From the NCBI GenBank assembly GCA_015680685.1, contig MNCI01002227.1, positions 1 to 64,000 on the forward strand: a stretch of DNA of 64,000 nt. Reading direction: 5' to 3'. Positions 11,380-23,575 of this stretch are shown here, piece by piece; position 1 is the stretch's first letter, and every line of letters begins with the position of its first letter. A program made the position numbers and the translations under genes. The notes below the pieces were generated by a model. That model was not told the DNA's origin, did not search any database, and saw only the letters and a program-made list of their open reading frames with translations. Source of the stretch: Gnetum montanum. Its lineage: Eukaryota; Plantae; Gnetophyta.

Positions 11380-13811
11380 TTATGTAGCAACATGTTACAG
11401 CTAGAGATGCTTCCATTCCCAATGTCAGGGAAGTAGGAAGTGGTAGTGGTAGTGGAGGCTTGGGAGATTCAAACAAGTAACCTATTAGTAGGAAACTAGT
11501 AGAGGAATTTTGGAAGTTAGGACCTCCTAAATTTGATGGCACCAAGGATCCTATTGTAGTTAGATAGTGGTTGGAGGGGTTGCAAAAGGTTCATGATTTA
11601 ATGGGATACTCATCGGTTTAGTAAACTTGATTAGCAATATATCAATTAGTTGGCATTGCTTGAAATTGGTGGATGACTGAGGAGCAAGCCAAGGCATGGA
11701 TTGGCCAAGAGATGGTATGGGATGAATTTTTGACATCTTTTAGAGCCTGTTGTGTTTCTACCCAACATGCCTAGGCCAAGAAGGACAAGTTCTACCATTT
11801 GTATTAGGGTAGTTGATCTATGGCAGAGTGTGATGCTCATTTTTCTGAACTTAGTAGCTATGTACCATAGATGCATACAAATGCTTAGGCATAGGCAAAC
11901 AAATTTGTTAGAGGTTTGAGGCCAACTTTAAAGGATCACATATTACTCCTTAGATTGACATCCTATGATGAGGCTAGAGTAGTTGCTCTGGATTTAGAGA
12001 GGAGCCAGTAAGAGGATGCACCTCATAGAGAGGTGGTAGGGGTAGAAGAGAGGATCAACATCTACAGGTAGGCTTGGCCTCTCCAAGTAGGCTCATGGAT
12101 ATGGAGATAAGTTTCCAACAGCAACACGTGACCCTACTATTAGAGTTGTTTGTGGATCTATTGTTTGTTACAAATGTGAGCAACCTGGCCATTTGTAGAG
12201 GGATTGCTAGAATTTTTTTGCATGTGGGTAGCTAGGACACTAAGCTAGGGAGTGCTTAAAGTAGGTAGGCAGTACTGAAGGAGGTAGGGGCCAAGTAGAG
12301 TGACCACTAGTTCAGGGTGGATGTGTAACACCTAGTACCCAATCAGGAGGAGTGGACCATAGGACTTAGGGATGGGTGTATGCCCTAATAGATCAACCAT
12401 TAAACATGCATCCAAACACAGTGATGGAGATGGGAGGTACGATTTTGGACTTTGATGTAATGATTTTACTTGATCTAGGTGCTAGACATTCTTTTATAGA
12501 TCCTACTATTGCATATCATGTAGCTCTTGCATGTTATTCTCTTTCTCCTAGGTTGATAGTATCTTCTATTGGGGGTCATGAGACTCAAGTTGATTAGGTG
12601 TGCTAATAGAATTGAAGGGTGTGTAGTGGATTAGTGATTTGCATGTCATGGATCTTAGGATATATGATGTAATTTTGGGGATGGATTGGTTGTCGTAGTT
12701 TAATGCTAGTTTGGATTGTTAGCAAAAGCTCCTAAGATTACAGTTAATTGATGGTGCTCCAATTGAGATAAAAACTCATTTGAGGTTTATGCGTATGGAT
12801 TTGATCTATAGTTAGATGTACCATAGGATGCTTTGAAAGGGACATGGATGCATTATGACCATAGCGTATAAAACATATATGGTGGAGATAAATCAAATCC
12901 CTATGATTCAGGAATTTCCTGATGTGTTCTAGTTAGAAATACTAGGTTTTGAGGTAAGAGATTGAGTTCAAAATTAAACTTAAACTTGGTATTGAGCCTA
13001 TTTCAAAGGCCCTGCATAGGATGTGTCCTATAGAGTTAGGAGAGCTGAAAACCTAGCTATAGGAATTGTTGGATAAAGGCCTCATGGACCTAGTGTATCA
13101 CTATGGGGTGCACTAGCACTATTTGTTAAAAAGAAGGATGGGAGTTTGTGATTATGCATAGATTATAGCCAGCTAAACTAGGTGACTATGAAAAATAAAT
13201 ATCCTCCTTCATGCATTGATGACTTATTTGATCAATTTCGGGGAGCTCATGCATTCTTGATGATTAATCTCAAGTCTGGGTATCATCAAGTACAAGTTTG
13301 AGAGTAAGACGTGTCAAAGACAACATTCAAAACTTAGTACAGTCATTATGAGTTTTTGGTGCTTTCATTTGGGTTGATAAATGTACCAACAATTTTCATG
13401 CACCTCATGAACAATGTGATGTGGCCATTCCTATATCAGTTTGTGATTGTGTTTAGAGATGATATCTTGGTATATTCTCTTGATGAGTAGTTGCATGTAG
13501 AGCATTTACAAATGGTATTACAAACTTTGAGGGAGTACCAATTGTATGGTTAGTGTTAGTATCTCCTACATCAGGACACCCATATGATATTATCACTGAT
13601 GCTTCAAGAGATGGATTTGGTTGTATGTTGATGTAGGATGAATAGTTGTGGCTTATGCATCTCATCAATTGAGGCCACATGAAACTAGATATCCTATGCA
13701 TGATCTAGAGTTGGGTGTTGTGATATCTGCATTGAATATTTGAAAACATTATCTATATGGGTATCATGTTACTATTTTGACTAACCATAAAATTCTCCAA
13801 TATCTTATAAT
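11380..13811 (+). pseudogene. Tekay gag-pol pseudogene
   Basis: EFWKLGPPKFDGTKDP (gag); CYKCEQPGHL*RDC and a second knuckle (12165-12260); ILLDLGARHSFI (protease); LFVKKKDGSL*LCIDYSQLN...[12 protein letters not shown] (RT); TDASRDGFGCMLM...HDLEL (RNaseH). Deletion between RT and RNaseH near 13548. Confidence 0.9.
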
Positions 13812-15040
13812 TTGATAACTCCTCAAGCTCAAAATGCTTTTCAAGTTCCTTAATTTAACTTACAAAAGCATTAGTACCATCTACATCATTTAAGATTCTT
13901 AAACTCATATAATGAACTCTTGTAGCATTTCTAAAAGTTTTATCAAGTCTTGCTTCATATTCATTGTTCAATTCTCCATGAAAAGGAGTAGAAGTCCTAG
14001 ATAGATACCTTGGATTTCTGACATGAGAACTTAGATTTCTTTCCTTTGCATTCCTAGTCTAATGGTTTCTCACACTTCCAAAGCTATAATGTTCTTTCTC
14101 CTTATCTTCTCTTCCTCCATTAGGTTGAGAAACTTCTTCATCTTTATTTGAATGATCATGCTGATATTAACCATGAGTTGGAATATGGCCAGGACCTACA
14201 TTTCTAGTTATCTTAGCATTGATTTTATCCCATTGTTCAACCATCAGTTAAAAAGTAGATTTCATGCTCTCCATATATTGGTTCAAGATTTGGATATTTT
14301 CCTTCTTAGGGGCCATATAAAATAGGTACAAAATTCCACAAACAAATTATAAACAAAAATTTCTTTGATACCAATCCTATGGCATGATCACTTCGATTTG
14401 TTAACCATTTAAACACATTAAATCTAGAACCTATGTAAGATAATTAATTTTCTAGAAAATAAGAAAAACTAGTCATCTTTTATTAATTATGAAAGAAGAC
14501 TAAAAATTAAAATGGAATAAGAAACCCATAGAACACTTACCATTATACACTTAACAATATTACAAAGCATGAGGTTCTACAATCCCACATGATGTACATT
14601 AATGTAAGGTGTAGTCGATCCATACCTCTGCCCTCATACACATGTTTAAGATCCCACATAATGGTCAAAACCCAAACACTTGTTTGACCACTAATATGCA
14701 CAACAACTCTTGTGTAGTCTCTCCTTCAACTCTTTCTTCATAAGAACATACACCACAAACCTAATTGACCAAACACAAGGCTAACACATTAAAGAAACCA
14801 AACTTAGAGTTTCTAGGTTATTTTCCATCTTGAACAAACCATCTTGAAAATTTTCCATCATGAATAAGACATCTAAAAGTTTGAGAAGACCTTTTTTTAG
14901 TAAATTCATCATGCAAGTGTTATGGTAAGAATCATCATAATCGGATTCAAAAAAACCCTATGTGAAATGAGCCAGACATCTTACAACCACTAAATGAATC
15001 AAAGATTATATTTTCAAATCGAAAGGAAACTTACAAATCA
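13812..15040 (-). mobile_element. remnant of an unclassified Met-PBS LTR element (5' gag fragment + probable LTR)
   Basis: Minus-strand tggtatcaaag (14363-14373) followed about 45 nt later by ATGGCCCCTAAGAAG (MAPKK, 14316). LTR boundaries not resolved. Confidence 0.45.
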
Positions 15041-15399
15041 TAAAAAATTGTAACAACCTAAGATATTTTTCCATCAAACATAAGCCAACATTAAGTAGAA
15101 AAGATTGTGTAGAATAGTAGTTAGAAACAAGGTAGATGTAGTGTAAGTAAAACAATGTATACTTAATGTAATGTAACTAATGTTACATAGAATGGAATCC
15201 TACAAAAGAAAAATCATATGTGTGGCCAAGAATAGGAAAGAGTGTTGGAAAAATTAGATTTATACAACTTGAAACAAATGTTATTTCTAGATTAGAGAAA
15301 TAGAAAAACAGATCTACTATAGATAGGTACAAGATATAAAAGAAAAGCTAAAACTTGAAATATAATAATCACAGAAAAGCCTAGCAAGATACAAAAAAA

Positions 15400-16315
15400 A
15401 TTCTTAAGATAGAATTAGGGGATCAAGGATGGTTGATGAGGAGATGTGTTATTCCAGTGCTCTCATTGATGTATGTTCCTGATGAAGATCTTAACCAAAA
15501 TGACAAAGGCTATTGAAGATGAGAAACTAATGAAGAAAAAAGAAGGATTGAATCAGATCAATGTGTGGATCCAAATCCAATGAAAATCATTGTGTATCAT
15601 GGGAACACCATAATGGGGATAAAATATGCCAATAAGGCAAGTAGAGGAAATCTAAAACTTTGACAGACTATAAAACACTTCAAGATCCTAATACTCACAA
15701 AAGCAATGACATGAAGAATTGTTGTTGCAAAAGAGCTTTCTTTTAGTTTAGAGATTAGTAGAATTCCAACTGATGTTTGTAACTAATGACCAACTAACCA
15801 ACAAACCAATCCCTTCTTATTTATGGGTATACTCCTATTTATAGGCTAGAAATGCATTATAGATTATGAGAAAATGATGGATTATGATCCATATAATCTT
15901 TTAGAAGATTTTGGATAGGGGAAATGACATGTGTAGTTGTAGTAGATGTTGAAAATGCAGCTAATGTAGAGAAGTGATGTCAGACATTAAAAGCCAAGAT
16001 TGATGCTAGACATTAAGAACAAAAATGGTATTGAATGTTGAGCATAAACATTGTTGAAAATATTAAATTTAGAATTAATGTAGGATATGACACTGGATGT
16101 TGAAATTGGAGCCTAGAAGATGATTAAAGCAAAATGATGTTATAGCTACCATGAGACGTCATTTTTGATAGATGTTAATGATGAAGACTAAAAGCAACAT
16201 TCCTGATGATTTAAGACATTGAAATTGGAACTTTTGAAGATGGCCTGAGTTGTAGAAGTTATAAAAGTATATTTGAGACTCTGACTTATGCAAGAAAGTC
16301 AAAGTGGGTACAACA
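15400..16315 (-). repeat. probable 3' LTR of a Tat/Ogre-like element (left boundary uncertain)
   Basis: Minus strand: PPT-like aagaggagataa then TGTTGTACCC at 16315; short degenerate repeats 15950-16250; TATA cctataaatagg near 15835-15846. Confidence 0.5.
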
Positions 16316-16429
16316 TTATCTCCTCTTGATGAATACTATTGAAAAGTTGAAAGAGAATCCATTAAGAAAAGACACAAGGTACTAGGTACTTTCATGAGGA
16401 TTTGAATGAAGCAGGATAGGGGAGAAAGT

Positions 16430-17052
16430 CTAGGATATCACTAATACACCTACAATGGAGTGTTATGCCACATAAATGAGACATGGCTAGATCGCAAAAA
16501 GCACATAAAAATATTAATAAAGCACTTCCTAATCCACTTAATTCTCTCAATCACACCCTTACTAGAGTAAAGTAGAGATACTTGTTTGACCTCATAAATG
16601 TAGAGCATGGGAGGAGGATGGAATAGAGAAAGATAGGGAGATAGGTAGAAATGAAAATAGAAAATAATAAAATTAGTGGAAATTATATTAGGAATATCAC
16701 CAATACACCAATGGTGAGGTGTTATGTCATAGAAGTGGAACACGATTAGATCCCTAGAACTAACCTCTTCCTTATCTCCCTCATGATTATTAATACTTCT
16801 TACATCACTCTACACTCAATACTTTCTAACTGCATTGAGCCAGAGACACTTGTTTAGCCTCATTAATGCTGAATATTGAGAGCAATAGGAATAGATGAGG
16901 AGAGGGGATGAGAGGAAATATAGTATAAGGGAGTAGAAAATATAGTATGTGAAAACAAAAAGTGAAAAAGAATGGGGAGAAATAAGGACTTACCCATACA
17001 CTTGTCATGAGGATGTGCTATATCACAAAAATGGGGCATGGCTAGATTCTAC
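16430..17052. repeat. degenerate tandem repeat, ~260-295 bp period, about 2.3 units
   Basis: Anchors gttatgccacataaatgagacatggctagatc (16462), gttatgtcatagaagtggaacacgattagatc (16721) and gctatatcacaaaaatggggcatggctagatt (~17017); agagatacttgttt/agagacacttgttt also recurs. Confidence 0.7.
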
Positions 17053-18212
17053 ATATTGTATAACAAAAAAGGATGTCATATATATATTATCGAAATAGTA
17101 AAGATGTTGGTTCTCGAATCTTAATGCATAGTTGGATCTTGATACTTCGGAAACTGCATTGTAATATTTACCATATTTTTATTTTTTTAAATCATGGGGC
17201 CAAGTTTCCTTTAATTCAGCTAACGATTATGGATACTCTGAAGAGTTGGTACTTTTTTAAAATTTTGTAATATAGTTTTGTGTTTTGGGAAGGAAGTGTG
17301 TTATCAATGCTTTAAAGGAGGATAGGTATTGATACCAATCCATTGGCATGTGTCATTAGGAAAATTTAAAGATGGTAAGGGGAGTAAAGGTAAGGGCCTC
17401 TCAATGCCTTAAACTAGGGCCCTTGTCAATAGGCAAGTTTAATTAAAAGGGGATATAGAATACATGAGAAGACTTTTTAGTCATACTGATGGCTTAATTT
17501 GACACTTAGGTTCTAAGTAGTATAGTCTAATCATACTTGTAGCTTAAGTAGTTAGCTTCCTATAAGAGGTTATCACTTCAAATGCCATATTCAACCCTTC
17601 TCCTTCCCTAATATATATCATATTGATTATGTAGTGGGGTGCACCTATATTCAACCCTCGTTCCCCACTTTGTTGTTGTTAGGCTAAGGAAGCAATGTAA
17701 AAAGTACAAGTATTCAAGATAAAACTTTTGCTTAGGTAATTCATAGAGGAAAAAATAGTATGGAGCACAAAGAAAGAGATGGTAACTAGCCTTGGAATTT
17801 AATAGCTCTTTTCTTGCATGAAACACTCATGGTAAAATTTCTAAAACATTCAAAAAGCATGAGTAAATAGAAATGCATTAGTTATAAGTGAAAGTAGTTA
17901 CTATATAAAAATGTAGTTAATACATATACTTTCTACATTAACTATTTCCAATTACAAATATCATTATATGTTTATTTTCTTAGAAATAATCACATTTTTT
18001 TTTGTTTTAGAAATCTCAAAGGTAGAAAGTGTCATTATTATTGGTATTGAGCTTTAACCGATGCATGGAAGAGCATAAATTCAACAATTTTAAACTTAAA
18101 TGCTTTAATATTTTATACATAAAAATACTTATGTGGATTCTTTTTCAAATAAAAAATGTTGGTTTCAAATCTTTGTGATACTTTTTAATAATTCAAAATT
18201 GTAAGCTTGATG

Positions 18213-19461
18213 GTGATCATTTCCAAATCAAAATAAGAGGCATTAAATCCTAGACTTCCTAACATGTTATCAAAATTAATATCAACATCCCCACTTCAAT
18301 CCTTTAATTCCAAGGAAAACAAAGTAAAAAAGTTTAGCTATTCAAGATGGAACTTTTTCTTGGGGTAACATAGAGAAAATGGACATTGGAGGAAGGCATG
18401 ATCACCTTTCATGAAAGGTATTAAATGCAAAACTTAATAACATAGTATGAAAATCAAAATCAACATAAAAGGTATAATCTATTCATATAATGAAAACCCA
18501 AATCAAGTGCATGGAAGATAGTATTGAAGGGATTTTGTTAGTAGTTTTAGTTTTTAGTTTTTTTAAAAACTTTTTTTTGAGATGATACTCAATTACGTTA
18601 TGTATGCTTAGAACATGCCTCCAAGCTACCATTTAGGGTGCTAGTATTAAGATTTGAACTAGTACCTCTATGGTGCAAAGCGTACAAACCAACTAAAGTT
18701 ATAGCATGTGCTCTAGTCTTAGCTATATATACATAGTTGGTGGCATAAGTTAGTAGGGTACTGTAAAAAAATTGTAATTATCTATAAAAATTTGGGATAA
18801 TTCCATGTTTATGGATTATTGAAAAAAATTAACAAAGATTAGAGAAAAATTAGAAGAGAAATTTGAAGGGATTTGGCTTGAGAAAACAATCAAAAAGAAA
18901 GAAGCATAACATTAAGAAAAAGTGGGAAAAAAGCACTAAAGTTGCAATTTGTGGATCTTCCTTGGAAAAAATTAATAATTTGATAGTGGAGCATCCTAGT
19001 TTCTTTCATGAACAATCACACATTTTAAAGTAGCCTTTTCAATTGGGTAGATCAAAAATGGAAAAAGCCTAGTCATATTATTATGCTTCTTGTAAATAAA
19101 TATTGAAAACTCATAAAATAAATTCAAAATCTTTATGAATTCAAAGTGAATAGATAAATACAATATGATATCATGCTTCTTGAAGTAAAGATAATGTCCT
19201 TAGAAGTTATCAATGATAGATGACTCAAGTGGTTAGCTCATTGTCTTGTTAGATGAGAGGTTACCACTGTAAGTCATACTTGGGGCATTATTATGTTCCT
19301 CTATAACTCTTCTAAGGTACCGTGTTCTTGATATGTATTAGTATGTACTTATAGTTATTCTTTCATGATCCGATACCGATAATGTCCTTAGAAGTTGAAG
19401 GTATTTGTTGGTTCATAGCCTACCCTCATAATCTTTATAAATTTTAATAATAAGCTGTTAG
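18213..19461. repeat. Duplicated non-LTR segment, copy 2 (uninterrupted at both ends)
   Basis: Colinear with 6906-8352 but lacks the 7918-8082 module and continues through the site where the Tekay LTR interrupts copy 1. Confidence 0.9.
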
Positions 19462-19757
19462 CCTAGTGGTAAGACTCTTAATTTAAAAACTCCAAGTCAT
19501 GGATTCAATTTTAGTGAACAATGCTAAGTTTTATTTAGACTATATATCTTTGGTTGTACCTATATTAGAATTATTTTAGGGTTTCAAAATCCCCATAATC
19601 TTTATAAATTTTCATTAGATAAGTTTCTGAGAAAAGTGATGATGGAAACTAATATAAAAAATGAACTTTATTATGATTCTAAGAAGGTTTACAAATTGGT
19701 AAAATGAACTTTAAAAATTTTGGGAAAATATAGAAGACAAGAAAAAACTTTGCCAAT

Positions 19758-20572
19758 TGGTGAGCAATGGGTGTTCCCTATGCCTAATCATATGAATCAC
19801 AAGTGTGTATACATGATCTAGTGAAACCATATACTCTTTCTACCTAAGTGGTCTATTTCCTAGATAGTAAAATGTGTGATTACTAGTTGTTGTCTTCCCA
19901 ATCATCACTTGAATTAGCTTCGTCCGTATGGCTAAGTGTGATTAAGGTGTAAGGTATTTTTATATTTATAGTTTTTATTATTTTTATCTATAAAAATATT
20001 TAAAGGAAATAAAAGTTGAACTATTTTAGTTTACTAATTAATAACAAAACTATTCTAAATGTGAAGCATTCATTCCCACTTTTTGTACACATCTTGAATG
20101 TATACTAACATTGCTAGGGTAGCAAGTGTTTATTGCTGGGCATACTAAGTATTCATTGCAAGGATTATTAAACAATGGTATATTATGCTTGAAGTGATCA
20201 TAATCATGTTATTTATGAATTAGGATTTTAAATAGATAAGTACAAGAAAGTAAATTGCATATAAAATAAAATTCTTGAAAGTAGTGTTGTAATGGAGAGA
20301 AGAAATCTTAACCTTATTTCCATGCATGCAACTATTGCACTCAAATAAAATTCTATGCAATCAATTCAATCCACGTTGTAGGAATTTAGAGGAAATATTT
20401 ACTAAGTTCTACAAAAGAAAACTACAAGAGTTTAATTAAGGGATTAACCAATGATGCCATAAATGCAGTTGGTATGTGCACTTGTATAATCTTTGGAAGG
20501 ATCAACATCGACAAACATATGTCAATGCATCTTGAGATGCATCAACATAGCTGACTTATTGAAATTTCATCA
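19758..20572 (-). repeat. 3' LTR of element C
   Basis: Plus strand tggtgagc...tttcatca, followed by tgcccccacaactaa (PPT reverse complement). Confidence 0.92.
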
Positions 20573-20769
20573 TGCCCCCACAACTAATTGAAAGCTCATT
20601 CTTAAGTGAACGAAATGGAATAAATTTTTTGACAAAATTTGGGGGAAGTATGGAATTGATTGACTGACTTTAACAACAACAAAAATTTTGACTGCCATTT
20701 TGCATGGTTAGAAAATTAGTGTAATGTACAAAAAAAATTGGATGCTTTTGACAAAAATTAATAGGCTCT

Positions 20770-23575
20770 TATTAGATGGATGAAGAGAGGATGAAGACAT
20801 CACACTGTGCCTAGAGGTGGATGCTCCTATGGTGTGAAGGGTCATTTCCCTACTCTGTTGGAGGCCTAGGCTACCTTACTAATGCTGAAAGTTGAAAGGC
20901 ATTCAAAAGTATCTTCATCTTTTCCTCCTTGCCCCATGGATTTTGAATGGTCTAGGTTGCTTTACCTAGATGAGCTATGCTAGAATATCCCATAGGCATG
21001 ATAATGTAGGGAACATATTCTTCACATTGACAAACCAGGTTATGAACTATTTACATTCAATGTCAAACATATAGACAAGGTTTTGCAGCTTCTCGTAGTC
21101 TCTTGTTCTTTTGGCTAGGTTCTCAGAAACACATCTTTATTTAGTAAATTTTCTTTTGAGAACCTCAAGCTTTGTGTTATCCACTTTTAACTTTTGTTTA
21201 CTCTCTTTGTGAAGTTTGAACTCTACCTCATAGAGAAGGTAAGAGCTAGCCACCTACTTCTCTAACTCTAATCTAGGCCTCCCTATTGTCAGCATTGCCA
21301 AGTTTGCATATCAGAGGTTGGTAAGCTCCATGTATTTTGTCATCTTTGCAATATGCTACTCCTTCAGGTAAATCTCTACTTGGTTGTATGTGTTTAGGCC
21401 TCATTATTGGAGTTGCTAAAGGGCTTCATTTACATTTACCTTTGTTCAGTTTGATTTATTTTTCATTAATTTCCTTGAGCATCTTGATGTGGTCCCTATA
21501 ATGGTTCTTAACTTGTTCGTACTTCAAAGCCTCATTATTATAGGTGGTGACCTAAATTGTAGTTTTTTGGTGAAGGGCATAAACCTTCTCCATTGAGAGA
21601 TGCCTATTTTCTATAGCCAACCTTCTCAAATTGAGGTTTACCTTGGCAAGGTGTTCTTGCTACTAGCCAATGTACTCCACCATTTGGTCCTTCTGTTGCT
21701 TAGCATTTTGCAGGTGATGATTGTCTTAGGTTATCACCATTCTTACAAATATGTTCAAGGTCATGGTTGGAGGAATACATCATTACATCCGATAGTGATA
21801 TATCAAAATTTTAATCTCCTTGGTATTCTTGGCTTGTTGGCATCTATGCTAAACCTGTTGGAAAGCTTCATCTTTAGTAAGCTTTGGTTGGAGAATGGTA
21901 GGGTTTGATAGATGGGCTCTAAGTTTTGTAACCTTGACAACTAATCATTGGTTGCTAATGATGGCCTTCTTGAGTTATGCACTTATCATCAGTAGCTTGC
22001 TCCTTATTTCTAGTAGTTATGAATGGGTAGTTGAAATGTCTTTTGGTAGATCAAAGATCTTCAAAATTAGTTGCTCAACTCCCACCAATTGCTCCAACAC
22101 TTCTTTGTTCTAGGCTGTACTCATCCTTCTACCCCATGCTCATGCTAATGCTTGTACATTTGCCATGGTAGCAACATTAGGGATATATGTTACAAGAGTA
22201 CTTAGAGCTTCTCCAATTTTATCTACCACCAGCTTTGCTATTGTCTATTAGCTCTTGTGTGTCATAATCAAAACCATTTCTACCTCATTTTCTTCTAGCA
22301 TTAGAGAAAAGGCTAGTAAATTTCTAGAAATTTTAGGGAATGCTTATCCTGTTATGGACATAGTGACATCTCTGGCACTAAGATTAGAGTAAATGAATGT
22401 CTAGTTACTTTGTGAAGAAAATAGTAGGATCATCCCATCATCCTGCTAGCTAATGGTCATTGTGATCTCATTCAAGTGGTTCATGATTGGTATGTACATT
22501 GAAGATTCTCCAACACCTTTAGAAACATATTTTTGTTGCAACTATTACTTCCTAAGTTTCCTTAGATGCTTTGCAACTGCTAGCATTTCTGTTGTTATCT
22601 CTGGTGCTACAGGTGGTGGTAGTGATGGTTGTTCTTCCTCTTGAAGCTTGGAAAGCACTTTGTTTGTTACCATTTCCTGCCATGATGCAGTAGGAGCTCT
22701 ATGTTCCACATCATTGGAGTATCAGGCTATCCCTCCCTTTTTACAAAGATTTTTGTGGAGGCATGAAAAGAGAAGTGTCTTCCTATCCTGCTCATTCTTC
22801 TTGAATTTCTTCTCTATTTCAAGTAAGATGAGTTTGGGTAGGTTGATTGGAAACTTTCTACTTTGAGCCATGCATGCCCTAGCAAAGAAGGTAGATACCT
22901 TAGCCTCTCCATTGGATTGAGATGATAGGTTGCAATGTTGAAGTGGGCTCACTTTGCCTTAGTTAGGGCAACATACTCCTTATGGTCCACTCCATAGCAC
23001 TGTTGAACCCACTCTTTCTTAGCTTTTTGGTCCTCTTGGATAAGTATCTCTACTAGCTTTTCCTTGGTTGTGGATAATCTAAGGGCCTCTACAATTGATT
23101 CAACTAAATAGGATATGGTGATGTATTTGATTTTAACAATCACATCCCCTTGTTAGTTGTTCAAGAAGAGATAGTTTTCTCCAATGTATCATTCTTTACT
23201 CATAGAGAGAATGGGCCATAGTGGAGACCCTTATAGCTGCATTCTGACTTTCTCTAGTGCAAGCTCTTGGAAAGATTTAAAATTAATGTCCTATGGGATG
23301 GAGCTCTAAATTTCTTTGGTGTGGACCTTCTCCAAGTAGGCCTATATGAGTGTGACCTCAAGATTGGGTCATGTTCTTGAAATCTCATCTTACATGGATT
23401 ACCCTATTTTGGCTATGGAAATTTAGTGAACAAATTTTACCTCAAGCTCCTCACATAGGGGTCCAATAGTATGGGTGGCCTCAGTTGCTTGCTCTTGGGG
23501 CTATTATAGTTATTGTTGTTATTGTTCCCTTTCATCATGTGATCGCTTTTTCGACGGTTTTGATTTCCCTCCCAT
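20770..23575 (-). pseudogene. extra (env-like) ORF of element C, ~0.9 kaa, decayed
   Basis: ATG GGA GGG AAA at 23575; Q-rich N-terminus; fragments KKEWVQQCYG and PINLPKLILLEI resemble the plant-transposon/Athila extra-ORF domain; coiled-coil-like C-terminal half; homologous to 54760-57446. Confidence 0.7.

Larger units (their letters stand above)
8354..13811 (+). mobile_element. Tekay/Del-like chromovirus (Ty3/gypsy), 3'-truncated
   Basis: Long LTR starting tgttacatccc, degenerate Met PBS, gag, two zinc knuckles, protease, RT and RNaseH. No integrase or 3' LTR visible. Confidence 0.85.

Noticed and set aside
14368-17350. gataccaatcc.tggcatg shared at 14368 and 17331 as element termini
   Set aside because: Only about 20 nt of similarity, with no extended homology or TSD.
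21600-22866. Plus-strand ORFs as an antisense gene
   Set aside because: These are shadows of the minus-strand extra ORF and are not conserved as frames in G.
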